DNA from: Eledone cirrhosa
Lineage: Eukaryota
Assembly: GCA_964016885.1 (NCBI GenBank)
Contig: OZ024740.1
Coordinates: 415,152,001 to 415,216,000, forward strand
DNA length: 64,000 nt
Reading direction: 5' to 3'
Made by a program: the position numbers and the translations under genes. The stretch's first letter is position 1; each line of letters opens with the position of its first letter. Below, one piece after another: positions 1 to 15,080 of this stretch. The notes under the pieces were generated by a model that did not search any database, was not told the origin of the DNA, and worked only from the letters and a program-made list of their open reading frames with translations.

Positions 1-3000
1 TAGTCACAGCCACATGTCTTGTAGTAAAGATACTACCACATATTCACAGTCACATCTCTTATAGTAAAGATAATACTACATAGTCACAGCCACATGTATT
101 GTAGTTAAGATACTACCATATTATAGTCACAGCCACATGTCTTGTAGTAAAGATACTACCACATTATAGTCACAGCCACATGTCTTGTAGTAAAGATACT
201 GCCACATTATAGTCACAGACACATGTCTTGTAGTAAAGATACTATCACATTATAGTCACAGCCATATGCCTTGTAGTAAAAAGACTACCACATATTCACA
301 GCCACATGTCATATATTGAAGATACTACCACATGATAGTCACAGCCACATTTCTTGTAGTAAAGATGCTACCACAAAGTCACAGCCACATGTCATGTAGT
401 AAAGATACTACCACATAGTAACATCACATGTGTTGTAGTAAAGATACTACCACATTATAGTCACAGACACATGTCCTGTATTAAAGATACTACCACATTA
501 TAGTCACAGTCACATGTCTTGTAGTAAAGATACTACCACAATATATTCACAGCTACATGCCTTCTAGTAAAGATACTACCACATAGTCACAGTCACATGT
601 CTTGTAGTAAAGATACTACCACATAATCACAACCACATGTCTCGTAGTAAAGATACTACCACACTTCAGTCACAGCCACATGTCTTGTAGTAAAGATAAT
701 AACACATAGTCACAGCCACATCTCTTATAGTAAAGATAATACCACATAGTCACAGCCACATGTCTTGTAGTAAAGTTACTACCAAATTATAGTCACAGCC
801 ACATGTCTTTTAGTAAAGATACTCCCACATTATAGTCACAGCCACATACCTTGTAGTAAAGATACTACCACATTATAGTCACAGCCACATGTCTTGTAGT
901 AAAGTTGCGACCACATAGTCACAGACACATGTCATATACTAAAGATACTACCACATTATAGTCACCGTCACATCTCTTGTAGTAAAGATGCTACCACATA
1001 GTCACAGCCACATGTCATAGTTTAATGATACTACCACACTATAGTCACAGCGACATGTTTTGTGGTAAAGATACTACCATATTATACTCAAAGCCACATG
1101 CCTTGTAGTAAGTTACTACCACATTTTAGTCACATCACATGTCTTGTAGTAAAGATGGTACCACATAGTCACAGCCACATGTCATATAGTAAAGATACTA
1201 CCACATTATAATCACAGCCACATGTCTTGTAGTAAAGATACAACCACTTAGTCACAGCCACATGTATTGTAGTAAAGATACTACCACGTTATAGTCACAG
1301 CCACATGTCTTTTAATAAAGATATAACCACATAGTCACAGCCATGTGTCTTGTAGTAAATTTACTACCTCATAGTCACAGCCACATGTCATGTAGTAAAG
1401 ATACTACCACATTATAGTCACAGCCACATGTCATATAGTAAAGATAATACCACATAGTCACAGCCACATGTCTTGTAGTAAAGATACTACCAAATTATAG
1501 TCACAGCCACATGTCTTTTAGTCAAGATACTCCCACATTATAGTCACAGCCACATACCTTGTATTAAAGATACTACCACATGATAGTCACAGCCACATGT
1601 CTTGTAGTAAAGTTGCGACCACATAGTCACAGCCACATGTCATATACTAAAGATACTACCACATTATAGTAACAGCCACATGTCATATAGTAAAGATACT
1701 ACCACATGATAGTCACAGCCACATGTCATGTAGTAAAGATACTACCACATTATAGTGACAGCCACATGTCATATATTGAAGATACTACCACATGATAGTC
1801 ACAGCCACATTTCTTGTAGTAAAGATGCTACCACATAGTCACAGCCAATTGTCATGTAGTAAAGATACTACCACTTAGTAACATCACATGTGTTGTAGTA
1901 AAGATACTACCACATAATCACAACCACATGTCTCATAGTAAAGATACTAGCACATTTCAGTCAAGTAACCACATGTCTCATAGTAAAGATACTACCACAT
2001 AGTAACATCACATGTGTTGTAGTAAAGATACTACCACATAATCACAACCACATGTCTGATAGTAAAGATACTACCACATTTCAGTCACAGCCACTTGTCT
2101 TGTAGAAAAGATACTGCCACATTATAGTCACAGCCACATGTCTTGTAGTAAAGATACTACCACACTATAGTCACAGCCACATGTCTTGTAGTAAAGATAC
2201 TTCCACATAGTCACCACGACATGTCTTGTAGTAAAGGTACTACCACATTATAGTCACAGCCACATGTCTTGTAGTAAAGATACTACCACATAGTCACCAC
2301 GACATGTCTTGTAGTAAAGGTACTACCACATTATAGTCACAGCCACATGTCTTGTAGTAAAGATACTACCACATTATAGTCACAGCCACGTCATATAGTA
2401 AAGAAACTACCACATTATAGTCACAGCCACATGTCTTGTAGTAAAGATACTACCACATAGTCACCACGACATGTCTTGTAGTAAAGGTACTACCACATTA
2501 TAGTCACAGCCACATGTCTTGTAGTAAAGATACTACCACATTATAGTCACAGCCACGTCATATAGTAAAGAAACTACCACATTATAGTCACAGCCACATG
2601 TCTTGTAGTAAAGATACTACCACATATTCACAGCCACATGTCTTGTAGTAAAGATACTGCAACATTATAGTCACAGCCACATGTCTTCTAGTAAAGATAC
2701 TACCAAATAGTCACAGCCACATGTCTTTTAGTAAATATACTACCATATTATAGTCACACCCACATGTCTTGTACTAAAGATGCTACCACATAGCCACAGC
2801 CACATGTCTTGTAGTGAAGATACTACCACATTATAGTGACAGCTACATATCTTGTAGTGAAGATACTACCACATTATAGTCACAGCCACATGCCTTGTAG
2901 TAAAGATACTACCACATTATAGTCACAGTCACATGTCTTGTAGTAAAGATACTACCACATAGTCACACCCAACTATCTTGTAGTAAAGATACTACCACAT

Positions 3001-6000
3001 AGTCACAGCCACATGTCATGTACTAAAGATACTACCACATAGTCACAGCCACATGTCTTGTAGAAAAGATACTATCACTGAGTCACAGCCACATTCCTGG
3101 TAGTAAAGATACTACCACATTATAGTCACAGCCACATTTCTTGTAGTAAAGATACTACCACATAATCACAGCTAAATATCTTGTAGTAAAGATACTACCA
3201 CATAGTCACAGCCACATGTCATGTATAAAGATACTACCACATAGTCACAGCCACATGTGTTGTAGTAAAAATACTACCACATAGTCACAGCCACATGTGT
3301 TGTAGTAAAGATACTACCACAGTATAATCACAGCAACATGTCTTGTAGTAAAGATACTACCACATTATTGTCACAGCCACATGTCTTGTAGTAATGATAC
3401 TACCACATTATAGTCACAGTCACATGTCTTGTAGTAAAGATACTACCACATAGTCACAGCCAGATGCCTTGTAGTAAAGATACTACCACATAGTCACAGC
3501 CACATGTCTTGTAGTAAAGATGCTACCACATAGTCACAGCCTCATGTCATGTAGTAAAGATACTACCACTGAGTCACAGCCACATTCCTGGTAGTAAAGA
3601 TACTACCACATTATAGTCACAGCCACATGCCTTGTAGTAAAGATACTACCACATTATAGTCACAGCCACATTTCTTGTAGTAAAGATGCTACCACATAGT
3701 CACAGCCACATGTCATGTAGTAAAGATACTACCACATAGTAACGTCACATGTCTTGTAGTAAAGATACTACGACATAATCAAAACCACATGTCTCATAGT
3801 AAAGATACTACCACATTTCAGTCAAGTAACCACATGTCTCATAGTAAAGATACTACCACATAGTAACATCACATGTGTTGTAGTAAAGATACTACCACAT
3901 AATCACAACCACATATCTGATAGTAAAGATACTACCACATTTCAGTCACAGCCACTTGTCTTGTAGTAAAGATACTACTCCATAGTCACAGTCACATCTC
4001 ATATAGTAAAGATAATACTACATAGTCACAGCCACATGTCTTGTAGTAAAGATACTATCACATTATAGTCACAGCCACATGTCTTGTAGTAAAGATACTA
4101 CCACATATTCACAGTCACATCTCTTATAGTAAAGATAATACTACATAGTCACAGCCACATGTATTGTAGTTAAGATACTACCATATTATAGTCACAGCCA
4201 CATGTCTTGTAGTAAAGATACTACCACATTATAGTCACAGCCACATGTCTTGTAGTAAAGATACTGCCACATTATAGTCACAGACACATGTCTTGTAGTA
4301 AAGATACTATCACATTATAGTCACAGCCATATGCCTTGTAGTAAAAAGACTACCACATATTCACAGCCACATGTCATATATTGAAGATACTACCACATGA
4401 TAGTCACAGCCACATTTCTTGTAGTAAAGATGCTACCACAAAGTCACAGCCACATGTCATGTAGTAAAGATACTACCACATAGTAACATCACATGTGTTG
4501 TAGTAAAGATACTACCACATTATAGTCACAGACACATGTCCTGTATTAAAGATACTACCACATTATAGTCACAGTCACATGTCTTGTAGTAAAGATACTA
4601 CCACAATATATTCACAGCTACATGCCTTCTAGTAAAGATACTACCACATAGTCACAGTCACATGTCTTGTAGTAAAGATACTACCACATAATCACAACCA
4701 CATGTCTCGTAGTAAAGATACTACCACACTTCAGTCACAGCCACATGTCTTGTAGTAAAGATAATAACACATAGTCACAGCCACATCTCTTATAGTAAAG
4801 ATAATACCACATAGTCACAGCCACATGTCTTGTAGTAAAGTTACTACCAAATTATAGTCACAGCCACATGTCTTTTAGTAAAGATACTCCCACATTATAG
4901 TCACAGCCACATACCTTGTAGTAAAGATACTACCACATTATAGTCACAGCCACATGTCTTGTAGTAAAGTTGCGACCACATAGTCACAGACACATGTCAT
5001 ATACTAAAGATACTACCACATTATAGTCACCGTCACATCTCTTGTAGTAAAGATGCTACCACATAGTCACAGCCACATGTCATAGTTTAATGATACTACC
5101 ACACTATAGTCACAGCGACATGTTTTGTGGTAAAGATACTACCATATTATACTCAAAGCCACATGCCTTGTAGTAAGTTACTACCACATTTTAGTCACAT
5201 CACATGTCTTGTAGTAAAGATGGTACCACATAGTCACAGCCACATGTCATATAGTAAAGATACTACCACATTATAATCACAGCCACATGTCTTGTAGTAA
5301 AGATACAACCACTTAGTCACAGCCACATGTATTGTAGTAAAGATACTACCACGTTATAGTCACAGCCACATGTCTTTTAATAAAGATATAACCACATAGT
5401 CACAGCCATGTGTCTTGTAGTAAATTTACTACCTCATAGTCACAGCCACATGTCATGTAGTAAAGATACTACCACATTATAGTCACAGCCACATGTCATA
5501 TAGTAAAGATAATACCACATAGTCACAGCCACATGTCTTGTAGTAAAGATACTACCAAATTATAGTCACAGCCACATGTCTTTTAGTCAAGATACTCCCA
5601 CATTATAGTCACAGCCACATACCTTGTATTAAAGATACTACCACATGATAGTCACAGCCACATGTCTTGTAGTAAAGTTGCGACCACATAGTCACAGCCA
5701 CATGTCATATACTAAAGATACTACCACATTATAGTAACAGCCACATGTCATATAGTAAAGATACTACCACATGATAGTCACAGCCACATGTCATGTAGTA
5801 AAGATACTACCACATTATAGTGACAGCCACATGTCATATATTGAAGATACTACCACATGATAGTCACAGCCACATTTCTTGTAGTAAAGATGCTACCACA
5901 TAGTCACAGCCAATTGTCATGTAGTAAAGATACTACCACTTAGTAACATCACATGTGTTGTAGTAAAGATACTACCACATAATCACAACCACATGTCTCA

Positions 6001-9000
6001 TAGTAAAGATACTAGCACATTTCAGTCAAGTAACCACATGTCTCATAGTAAAGATACTACCACATAGTAACATCACATGTGTTGTAGTAAAGATACTACC
6101 ACATAATCACAACCACATGTCTGATAGTAAAGATACTACCACATTTCAGTCACAGCCACTTGTCTTGTAGAAAAGATACTGCCACATTATAGTCACAGCC
6201 ACATGTCTTGTAGTAAAGATACTACCACACTATAGTCACAGCCACATGTCTTGTAGTAAAGATACTTCCACATAGTAACAGTCACATGTGTTGTAGTAAA
6301 GATATTACAACATTATAGTCACAGCCACATGTCTTGTAGTAAAGATACTACCACATAGTCACCACGACATGTCTTGTAGTAAAGGTACTACCACATTATA
6401 GTCACAGCCACATGTCTTGTAGTAAAGATACTACCACATTATAGTCACAGCCACGTCATATAGTAAAGAAACTACCACATTATAGTCACAGCCACATGTC
6501 TTGTAGTAAAGATACTACCACATATTCACAGCCACATGTCTTGTAGTAAAGATACTACTACATAGTCACAGTAACATCTCTTATAGTAAAGATAATACTA
6601 CATTGTCACAGCCACATGTCTTGTAGTAAAGATACTATCACATTATAGTCACAGCCACATGTCTTGTAGTAAAGATACTACCACATATTCACAGTCACAT
6701 CTCTTATAGTAAAGATAATACTACATAGTCACAGCCACATGTCTTGTAGTAAAGATACTACCATATTATAGTCACAGCCACATGTCTTGTAGTAAAGATA
6801 CTACTCCATAGTCACAGTCACATCTCTTATAGTAAAGATAATACTACATAGTCACAGCCACATGTCTTGTAGTAAAGATACTATCACATTATAGTCACAG
6901 CCACATGTCTTGTAGTAAAGATACTACCACATATTCACAGTCACATCTCTTATAGTAAAGATAATACTACATAGTCACAGCCACATGTCTTGTAGTTAAG
7001 ATACTACCATATTATAGTCACAGCCACATGTCTTGTAGTAAAGATACTACCACATTATAGTCACAGCCACATGTCTTGTAGTAAAGATACTGCCACATTA
7101 TAGTCACAGACACATGTCTTGTAGTAAAAAGACTACCACATATTCACAGCCACATGTCATATATTGAATATACTACCACATGATAGTCACAGCCACATTT
7201 CTTGTAGTAAAGATGCTAGCACAAAGTCACAGCCACATGTCATGTAGTAAAGATACTACCACATAGTAACATCACATGTGTTGTAGTAAAGATACTACCA
7301 CATTATAGTCACAGACACATGTCCTGTATTAAAGATACTACCACATTATAGTCACAGCCACATGTCTTGTAGTAAAGATACTACCACAATATATTCACAG
7401 CTACATGCCTTCTAGTAAAGATACTACCACATAGTCACAGTCACATGTCTTGTAGTAAAGATACTACCACATAATCACAACCACATGTCTCGTAGTAAAG
7501 ATACTACCACATTTCAGTCACAGCCACATATCTTGTAGTAAAGATAACACATAGTCACAGCCACATCTCTTATAGTAAAGATGATACCACATAGTCACAG
7601 CCACATGTCTTGTAGTAAAGGTACTACCAAATTATAGTCACAGCCACATGTCTTTTAGTAAAGATACTCCCAATATTATAGTCACAGCCACATAACTTTT
7701 AGTAAAGATACTACCACATTATAGTCACAGCCACATGTCTTGTAGTAAAGTTGTGACCACATAGTCACAGACACATGTCATATACTAAAGATACTACCAC
7801 ATTATAGTCACCGTCACATCTCTTGTAGTAAAGATGCTACCACATAGTCACAGCCACATGTCATAGTTTAATGATACTACCACACTATCGTCACAGCGAC
7901 ATGTTTTGTGGTAAAGATACTACCATATTATACTCACAGCCACATGCCTTGTAGTAAGTTACTACCACATTTTAGTCACATCACGTGTCTTGTAGTAAAG
8001 ATGATACCACATAGTCACAGCCACATGTCATATAGTAAAGATACTACCACATTATAATCACAGCCACATGTCTTGTAGTAAAGATACAACCACATAGTCA
8101 CAGCCACATGTATTGTAGTAAAGATACTACCACATTATTGTCACAGCCACATGTCTTTTAATAAAGATATAACCACATAGTCACAGCCATGTGTCTTGTA
8201 GTAAAGTTACTACCTCATAGTCACAGCCACATGTCATGTAGTAAAGATACTACCACATTATAGTCACAGCCACATGTCATATAGTAAAGATAATACCACA
8301 TAGTCACAGCCACATGTCTTGTAGTAAAGATACTACCAAATTATAGTCACAGCCACATGTCTTTTAGTAAAGATACTCCCACATTATAGTCACAGCCACA
8401 TACCTTGTATTAAAGATACTACCACATGATAGTCACAGCCACATGTCTTGTAGTAAAGTTGCGACCACATAGTCACAGCCACATGTCATATACTAAAGAT
8501 ACTACCACATTATAGTAATAGCCACATGTCATATAGTAAAGATACTACCACATGATAGTCACAGCCACATGTCATGTAGTAAAGATACTACCACATTATA
8601 GTGACAGCCACATGTCATATATTGAAGATACTACCACATGATAGTCACAGCCACATTTCTTGTAGTAAAGATGCTACCACATAGTCACAGCCAATTGTCA
8701 TGTAGTAAAGATACTACTACATAGTAACATCACATGTGTTGTAGTAAAGATACTACCACATTATAGTCACAGCCACATTTCTTGTAGAAAAGATGCTACC
8801 ACATAGTCACAGCCACTTGTCATGTAGTAAAGATACTACCACATAGTAATATCACATGTGTTGTAGTAAAGATACTACCACATAATCACAACCACATGTC
8901 TCATAGTAAAGATACTAGCACATTTCAGTTAAGTAACCACATGTCTCATAGTAAAGATACTACCACATAGTAACATCACATGTGTTGTAGTAAAGATACT

Positions 9001-12000
9001 ACCACATAATCACAACCACATGTCTGATAGTAAAGATACTACCACATTTCAGTCACAGCCACTTGTCTTGTAGAAAAGATACTGCCACATTATAGTCACA
9101 GCCACATGTCTTGTAGTAAAGATACTACCACATTATAGTCACAGCCACATGTCTTGTAGTAAAGATACTTCCACATAGTAACAGTCACATGTGTTGTAGT
9201 AAAGATACTACAACATTATAGTCACAGCCACATGTCTTGTAGTAAAGATACTACCACATAGTCACAACGACATGTCTTGTAGTAAAGGTACTACCACATT
9301 ATAGTCACAGCCACATGTCTTGTAGTAAAGATACTACCACATTATAGTCACAGCCACGTCATATAGTAAAGAAACTACCACATTATAGTCACAGCCACAT
9401 GTCTTGTAGTAAAGATACTACCACATATTCACAGCCACATGTCTTGTAGTAAAGATACTACTACATAGTCACAGTCACATCTCTTATAGTAAAGATAATA
9501 CTACATAGTCACAGCCACATGTCTTGTAGTAATGATACTATCACATTATAGTCACAGCCACATGTCTTGTAGTCAAGATACTACCACATATTCACAGTCA
9601 CATCTCTTATAGTAAAGATAATACTACATAGTCACAGCCACATGTCTTGTAGTAAAGATACTATCACATTATAGTCACAGCCATATGCCTTGTAGTAAAA
9701 AGACTACCACATATTCACAGCCACATGTCATATATTGAAGATACTACCACATGATAGTCACAGCCACATTTCTTGTAGTAAAGATGCTACCACACAGTCA
9801 CAGCCACATGTCATGTAGTAAAGATACTACCACATAGTAACATCACATGTCTTGTAGTAAAGATACTACCACATTATAGTCACAGACACATGTCCTGTAT
9901 TAAAGATACTACCACATTATAGTCACAGCCACATGTCTTGTAGTAAAGATACTACCACAATATATTCACAGCTACATGCCTTCTAGTAAAGATACTACCA
10001 CATAGTCACAGTCACATGTCTTGTAGTAAAGATACTACCACATAATCACAACCACATGTCTCGTAGTAAAGATACTACCACATTTCAGTCACAGCCACAT
10101 GTCTTGTAGTAAAGATAATAACACATAGTCACAGCCACATCTCTTATAGTAAAGATAATACCACATAGTCACAGCCACATGTCTTGTAGTAAAGGTACTA
10201 CCAAATTATAGTCACAGCCACATGTCTTTTAGTAAAGATACGCCCACATTATAGTCACAGCCACATACCTTGTAGTAAAGATACTACCACATTATAGTCA
10301 CAGCCACATGTCTTGTAGTAAAGTTGCGACCACATAGTCACAGACACATGTCATATACTAAAGATACTACCACATTATAGTCACCGTCACATCTCTTGTA
10401 GTAAAGATGCTACCACATAGTCACAGCCACATGTCATAGTTTAATGATACTACCACACTATAGTCACAGCGACATGTTTTGTAGTAAAGATACTACCATA
10501 TTATACTCACAGCCACATGCCTAGTAGTAAGTTACTACCACATTTTAGTCACATCACATGTCTTGTAATAAAGATGGTACCACATAGTCACAGCCACATG
10601 TCATATAGTAAAGAGACTACCACATTATAATCACAGCCACATGTCTTTTAATAAATATATAACCACATAGTCACAGCCATGTGTCTTGTAGTAAAGTTAC
10701 TACCTCATAGTCACAGCCACATGTCATGTAGTAAAGTTACTACCACATTATAGTCACAGCCACATGTCATATAGTAAAGATAATACCACATAGTCACAGC
10801 CACATGCCTTGTAGTAAAGATACTACCAAATTATAGTCACAGCCACATGTCTTTTAGTAAAGATACTCCCACATTATAGTCACAGCCACATACCTTGTAT
10901 TAAAGATACTACCACATTATAGTCAGAGCCACATGTCTTGTAGTAAAGTTGCGACCACATAGTCACAGCCACATGTCATATACTAAAGATACTACCACAT
11001 TATAGTAACAGCCACATGTCATATAGTAAAGATACTACCACATGATAGTCACAGCCACATGTCATGTAGTAAAGATACTACCACATTATAGTCACAGCCA
11101 CATGTCATATATTGAAGATACTACCACATGATAGTCACAGTCACTTTTCTTGTAGTAAAGATGCTACCACATAGTCACAGCCAATTGTCATGTAGTAAAG
11201 ATACTACCACATAGTAACATCACATGTGTTGTAGTAAAGATACTATCACATTATAGTCACAGACACATGTCCTGTATTAAAGATACTACCACATTATAGT
11301 CACAGCCACATGTCTTGTAGTAAAGATACTACCACAATATATTCACAGCTACATGCCTTCTAGTAAAGATACTACCACATAGTCACAGTCACATGTCTTG
11401 TAGTAAAGATACTACCACATAATCACAACCACATGTCTCATAGTAAAGATACTACCACATTTCAGTCACAGCCACATGTCTTGTAGTAAAGATACTACTA
11501 CATTATAGTCACAGCCACATCTCTTATAGTAAAGATAATACCACATAGTCACAGCCACATGTCTTGTAGTAAAGATACTACCAAATTATAGTCACAGCCA
11601 CATGTCTTTTAGTAAAGATACTCCCACATTATAGTCACAGCCACATGTCTTGTAGTAAAGTTGCGACCACATAGTCACAGCCACATGTCATATACTAAAG
11701 ATACTACCACATTATAGTCACCGTCACATCTCTTGTAGTAAAGATGCTACCACATAGTCACAGCCACATGTCATAGTTTAATGATACTACCACACTATAG
11801 TCACAGCGACATGTTTTGTAGTAAAGATACTACCATATTATACTCCCAGCCACATGCATTGTAGTAAGTTACTACCACATTTTAGTCACATCACATGTCT
11901 TGTAGTAAAGATGGTACCACATAGTCACAGCCACATGTCATATAGTAAAGATACTACCAACTTTATAATCACAGCCACATGTCTTGTAGTAAAGATACAA

Positions 12001-15000
12001 CCACATAGTCACAGCCACATGTATGGTAGTAAAGATACTACCACATTATAGTCACAGCCACATGTCATATAGTAAATGTACTACCACATGATAGTCACAG
12101 GCACATGTCATGTAGTAAAGATACTACCACATTATAGTCACAGCCACATGCCATATAGTAAAGATACTACCACATGATAGTCGCAGCCACATGTCTTGTA
12201 GTAAAGATACTTCCATATTTAAGTCCCAGTCACATGTCTTGTAGTAAAGATACTACCACATAATAGTCACAGCCACATGTCTTGTAATAAAGATACAACA
12301 ACCTAGTCACAGCCATGTGTCTTGTAGTAAAGTTCCTACCTCATTGTTACAGTCACATGTCTTGAAGTAAAGATACTACCCCATAGTAACAGCCACATGT
12401 CTTGTAGTAAAGATACTTCCATATTTTAGTCCCAGCCACATGTCTTGTAGTAAAGAGACTACCTCATTATAGTCACAGCCATATGTCTTGTAGTAAAGAT
12501 ACTATCACATATTCACCGTCAAATGTCATGTAGTAATGATACTACCACATAGTCACAGCCACATGCCTTTTAGTAAAGATACCTCCACATAGTCACAGCC
12601 ACATGTCTTGTAGTACAGATACTACCACATTATATTCACAGCCACATGTCTTGTAGTAAAGATACTACCACATAGTCACAGCCACATGTATTGTAGTAAA
12701 GATACTACCACATTATAGTCACAGTCACATGTCTTGTAGTAAAGATGCTACCACATAGTCACAGCCACATGTCATATAGTAAAGATACTACCACATTATA
12801 GTCACAGCCACATGTCTTGTAGTAAAGATACTACCACATAGTCACAGCGATATATCTTGTAGTAAAGATAATACCACATAGTCACAGCCACATGTCTTGT
12901 AGTAAAGATACTACCACATTATAGTCACAGCGACATGTCTTGTAGTAAAGATACTACCACATTATAGTCACAGCCACATCTCTCGTAGTAAAGATACTAC
13001 CACATTATAGTCACAGCTATATTTCTTGTAGTAAAGATACTACCACATTATAGTCACAGCCACATGTCTTGTAGTAAAGATACTACCATATAGTCACAGC
13101 CACATGCCTTGTAGTAAAGATGCTACCACATAGTCACAGCCACATGTCATATAGTAAAGATACTACCACATTATAGTCACAGCCACATGTCTTGTAGTAA
13201 AGATACAACCACAAGTCACAGCCACATGTATTGTTGTAAAGATACTACCACATTATAGTCACAGCCACATGTCCTGTAATAAAGATACAAGCACATAGTC
13301 ACAGCCATGTGTCTTGTAGTAAAGTTCCTACCTCATTGTTACAGTCACATGTCTTGTAGTAAAGATACTACCCCATAATAACAGCCACATGTCTTGTAGT
13401 AAAGATACTTCCATATTTTAGTCCCAGCCACATGTCTTGTAGTAAAGATACTACCACATTATAGTCACAGCCATATGTTTTGTAGTAAAGATACTATCAC
13501 ATATTCACCGTCAGATGTCATGTAGTAAAGATACTACCAAATAGTCACAACCAAATGTCTTTTAATAAAGATACCTCCACATAGTCACAACCAAATGTCT
13601 TGTAGTAAAGATACTACCACATTATAATCACAGTCACATGTCTTGTAGTAAAGATACTACCACATTATAGTCACAGCCACATATCTTGTAGTAAAGATAC
13701 TACCACATAGTCACAGCCAGATGTCATATAGTAAAGATACTACCACATTATAGTCACAGCCACATGTTTTGTAGTAAAGATACTACCACATAGTCACAGC
13801 CACATGTATTTTAGTAGAGATACTACCACATTATAGTCACAGCCACATGTCTTGTAATAAAGATAATACCACATAGTCACAGCCACATCTCTTCTAGTAA
13901 AGATACTACCACATTATAGTCTACACCCACATGACTTGTAGTAAAGATACTACCACATTATAGTCACATCCACATGCCTTGTAGTAAAGATTCTATCACA
14001 TTATAGTCAGAGCCACATGTCTTGTAGTAAAGATATTACCACATTATAGTCATAGTCACATGTCTTGTAGTAAAGATGCTACCACATAGTCACAGTCACA
14101 TGTCATATAATAAAGATACTACCACATAGTCACAGCCACATGTCATATATTAAAGATACTACCACATGATAGTCACAGCCACATGTCTTGTAGTTAAGAT
14201 ACTACCACATTATAATCACAGTCACATGTCTTGTAATAAAGATACTACCACATGATTGTCACAGCCACATGTCATGTAGTAAAGATACTACCACATAGTC
14301 ACAGCCACATGTCATATATTAAAGATACTACCGCATGATAGTCACAGCCACATGTATTGTAACAAAGAGACTACCACATAGTCACAGCCACATGTCATAT
14401 AGTAAAGATACTACCACTTTATAGTCACAGCCACATGTCTTGTAGTAAAGATACTACCACATAGTCATAGCCACATGTCTTGTAGTAAAGATACTACCAC
14501 ATAGTCACAGTCACATGTCATGTAGTAAAGATACTACTACATAGTCACAGCCACATGCCTTGTAGTAAGGATACTTCCACATTATAGTCACAGCCACATG
14601 TCTTGTAGTAAAGATACTACCACATAGTCACAGCTACATGACTTGTAGTAAAGATACTACCACATTATAGTCACAGCCACATGACTTGTAGTAAAGATAC
14701 TACGACATTATATTCAGAGCCACATGTCTTGTAGTAAGGATATTACCACATTATAGTCATAGTCACATGTCTTGTAGTAAAGATGCTACCACATAGTCAC
14801 AGCCACATGTCATATAGTAAAGATACTACCACATTATAGTCAAAGCCACATCTCTTGTAGTAAAGATACTACCAAATTATAATCACAGTCACATGTCTTG
14901 TAATAAAGATACTACCACATGATTGTCACAGCCACATGTCATGTAGTAAAGAGACTACCACATTACAGTCACAGCCACATGTCTTGTAGTAAAGATACTA

Positions 15001-15080
15001 CCACATTATAGTCACAGCCACATGTCTTGTAGTAAAGTGACTACCACATTATAGTCACAGCCACATGTCTTGTAGTAAAG
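1..15080. repeat. Satellite array A, 40/43-bp monomer TAGTCACAGCCACATGTCTTGTAGTAAAGATACTACCACA(TTA), roughly 360 copies, open at the left edge
   Basis: Continuous tandem monomer from base 1. 40- and 43-bp forms differ by a TTA indel. Ends at ...GTAGTAAAG 15080. Confidence 0.98.

Noticed and set aside
11854-12051. 65-aa ORF
   Set aside because: Chance open frame within satellite A.
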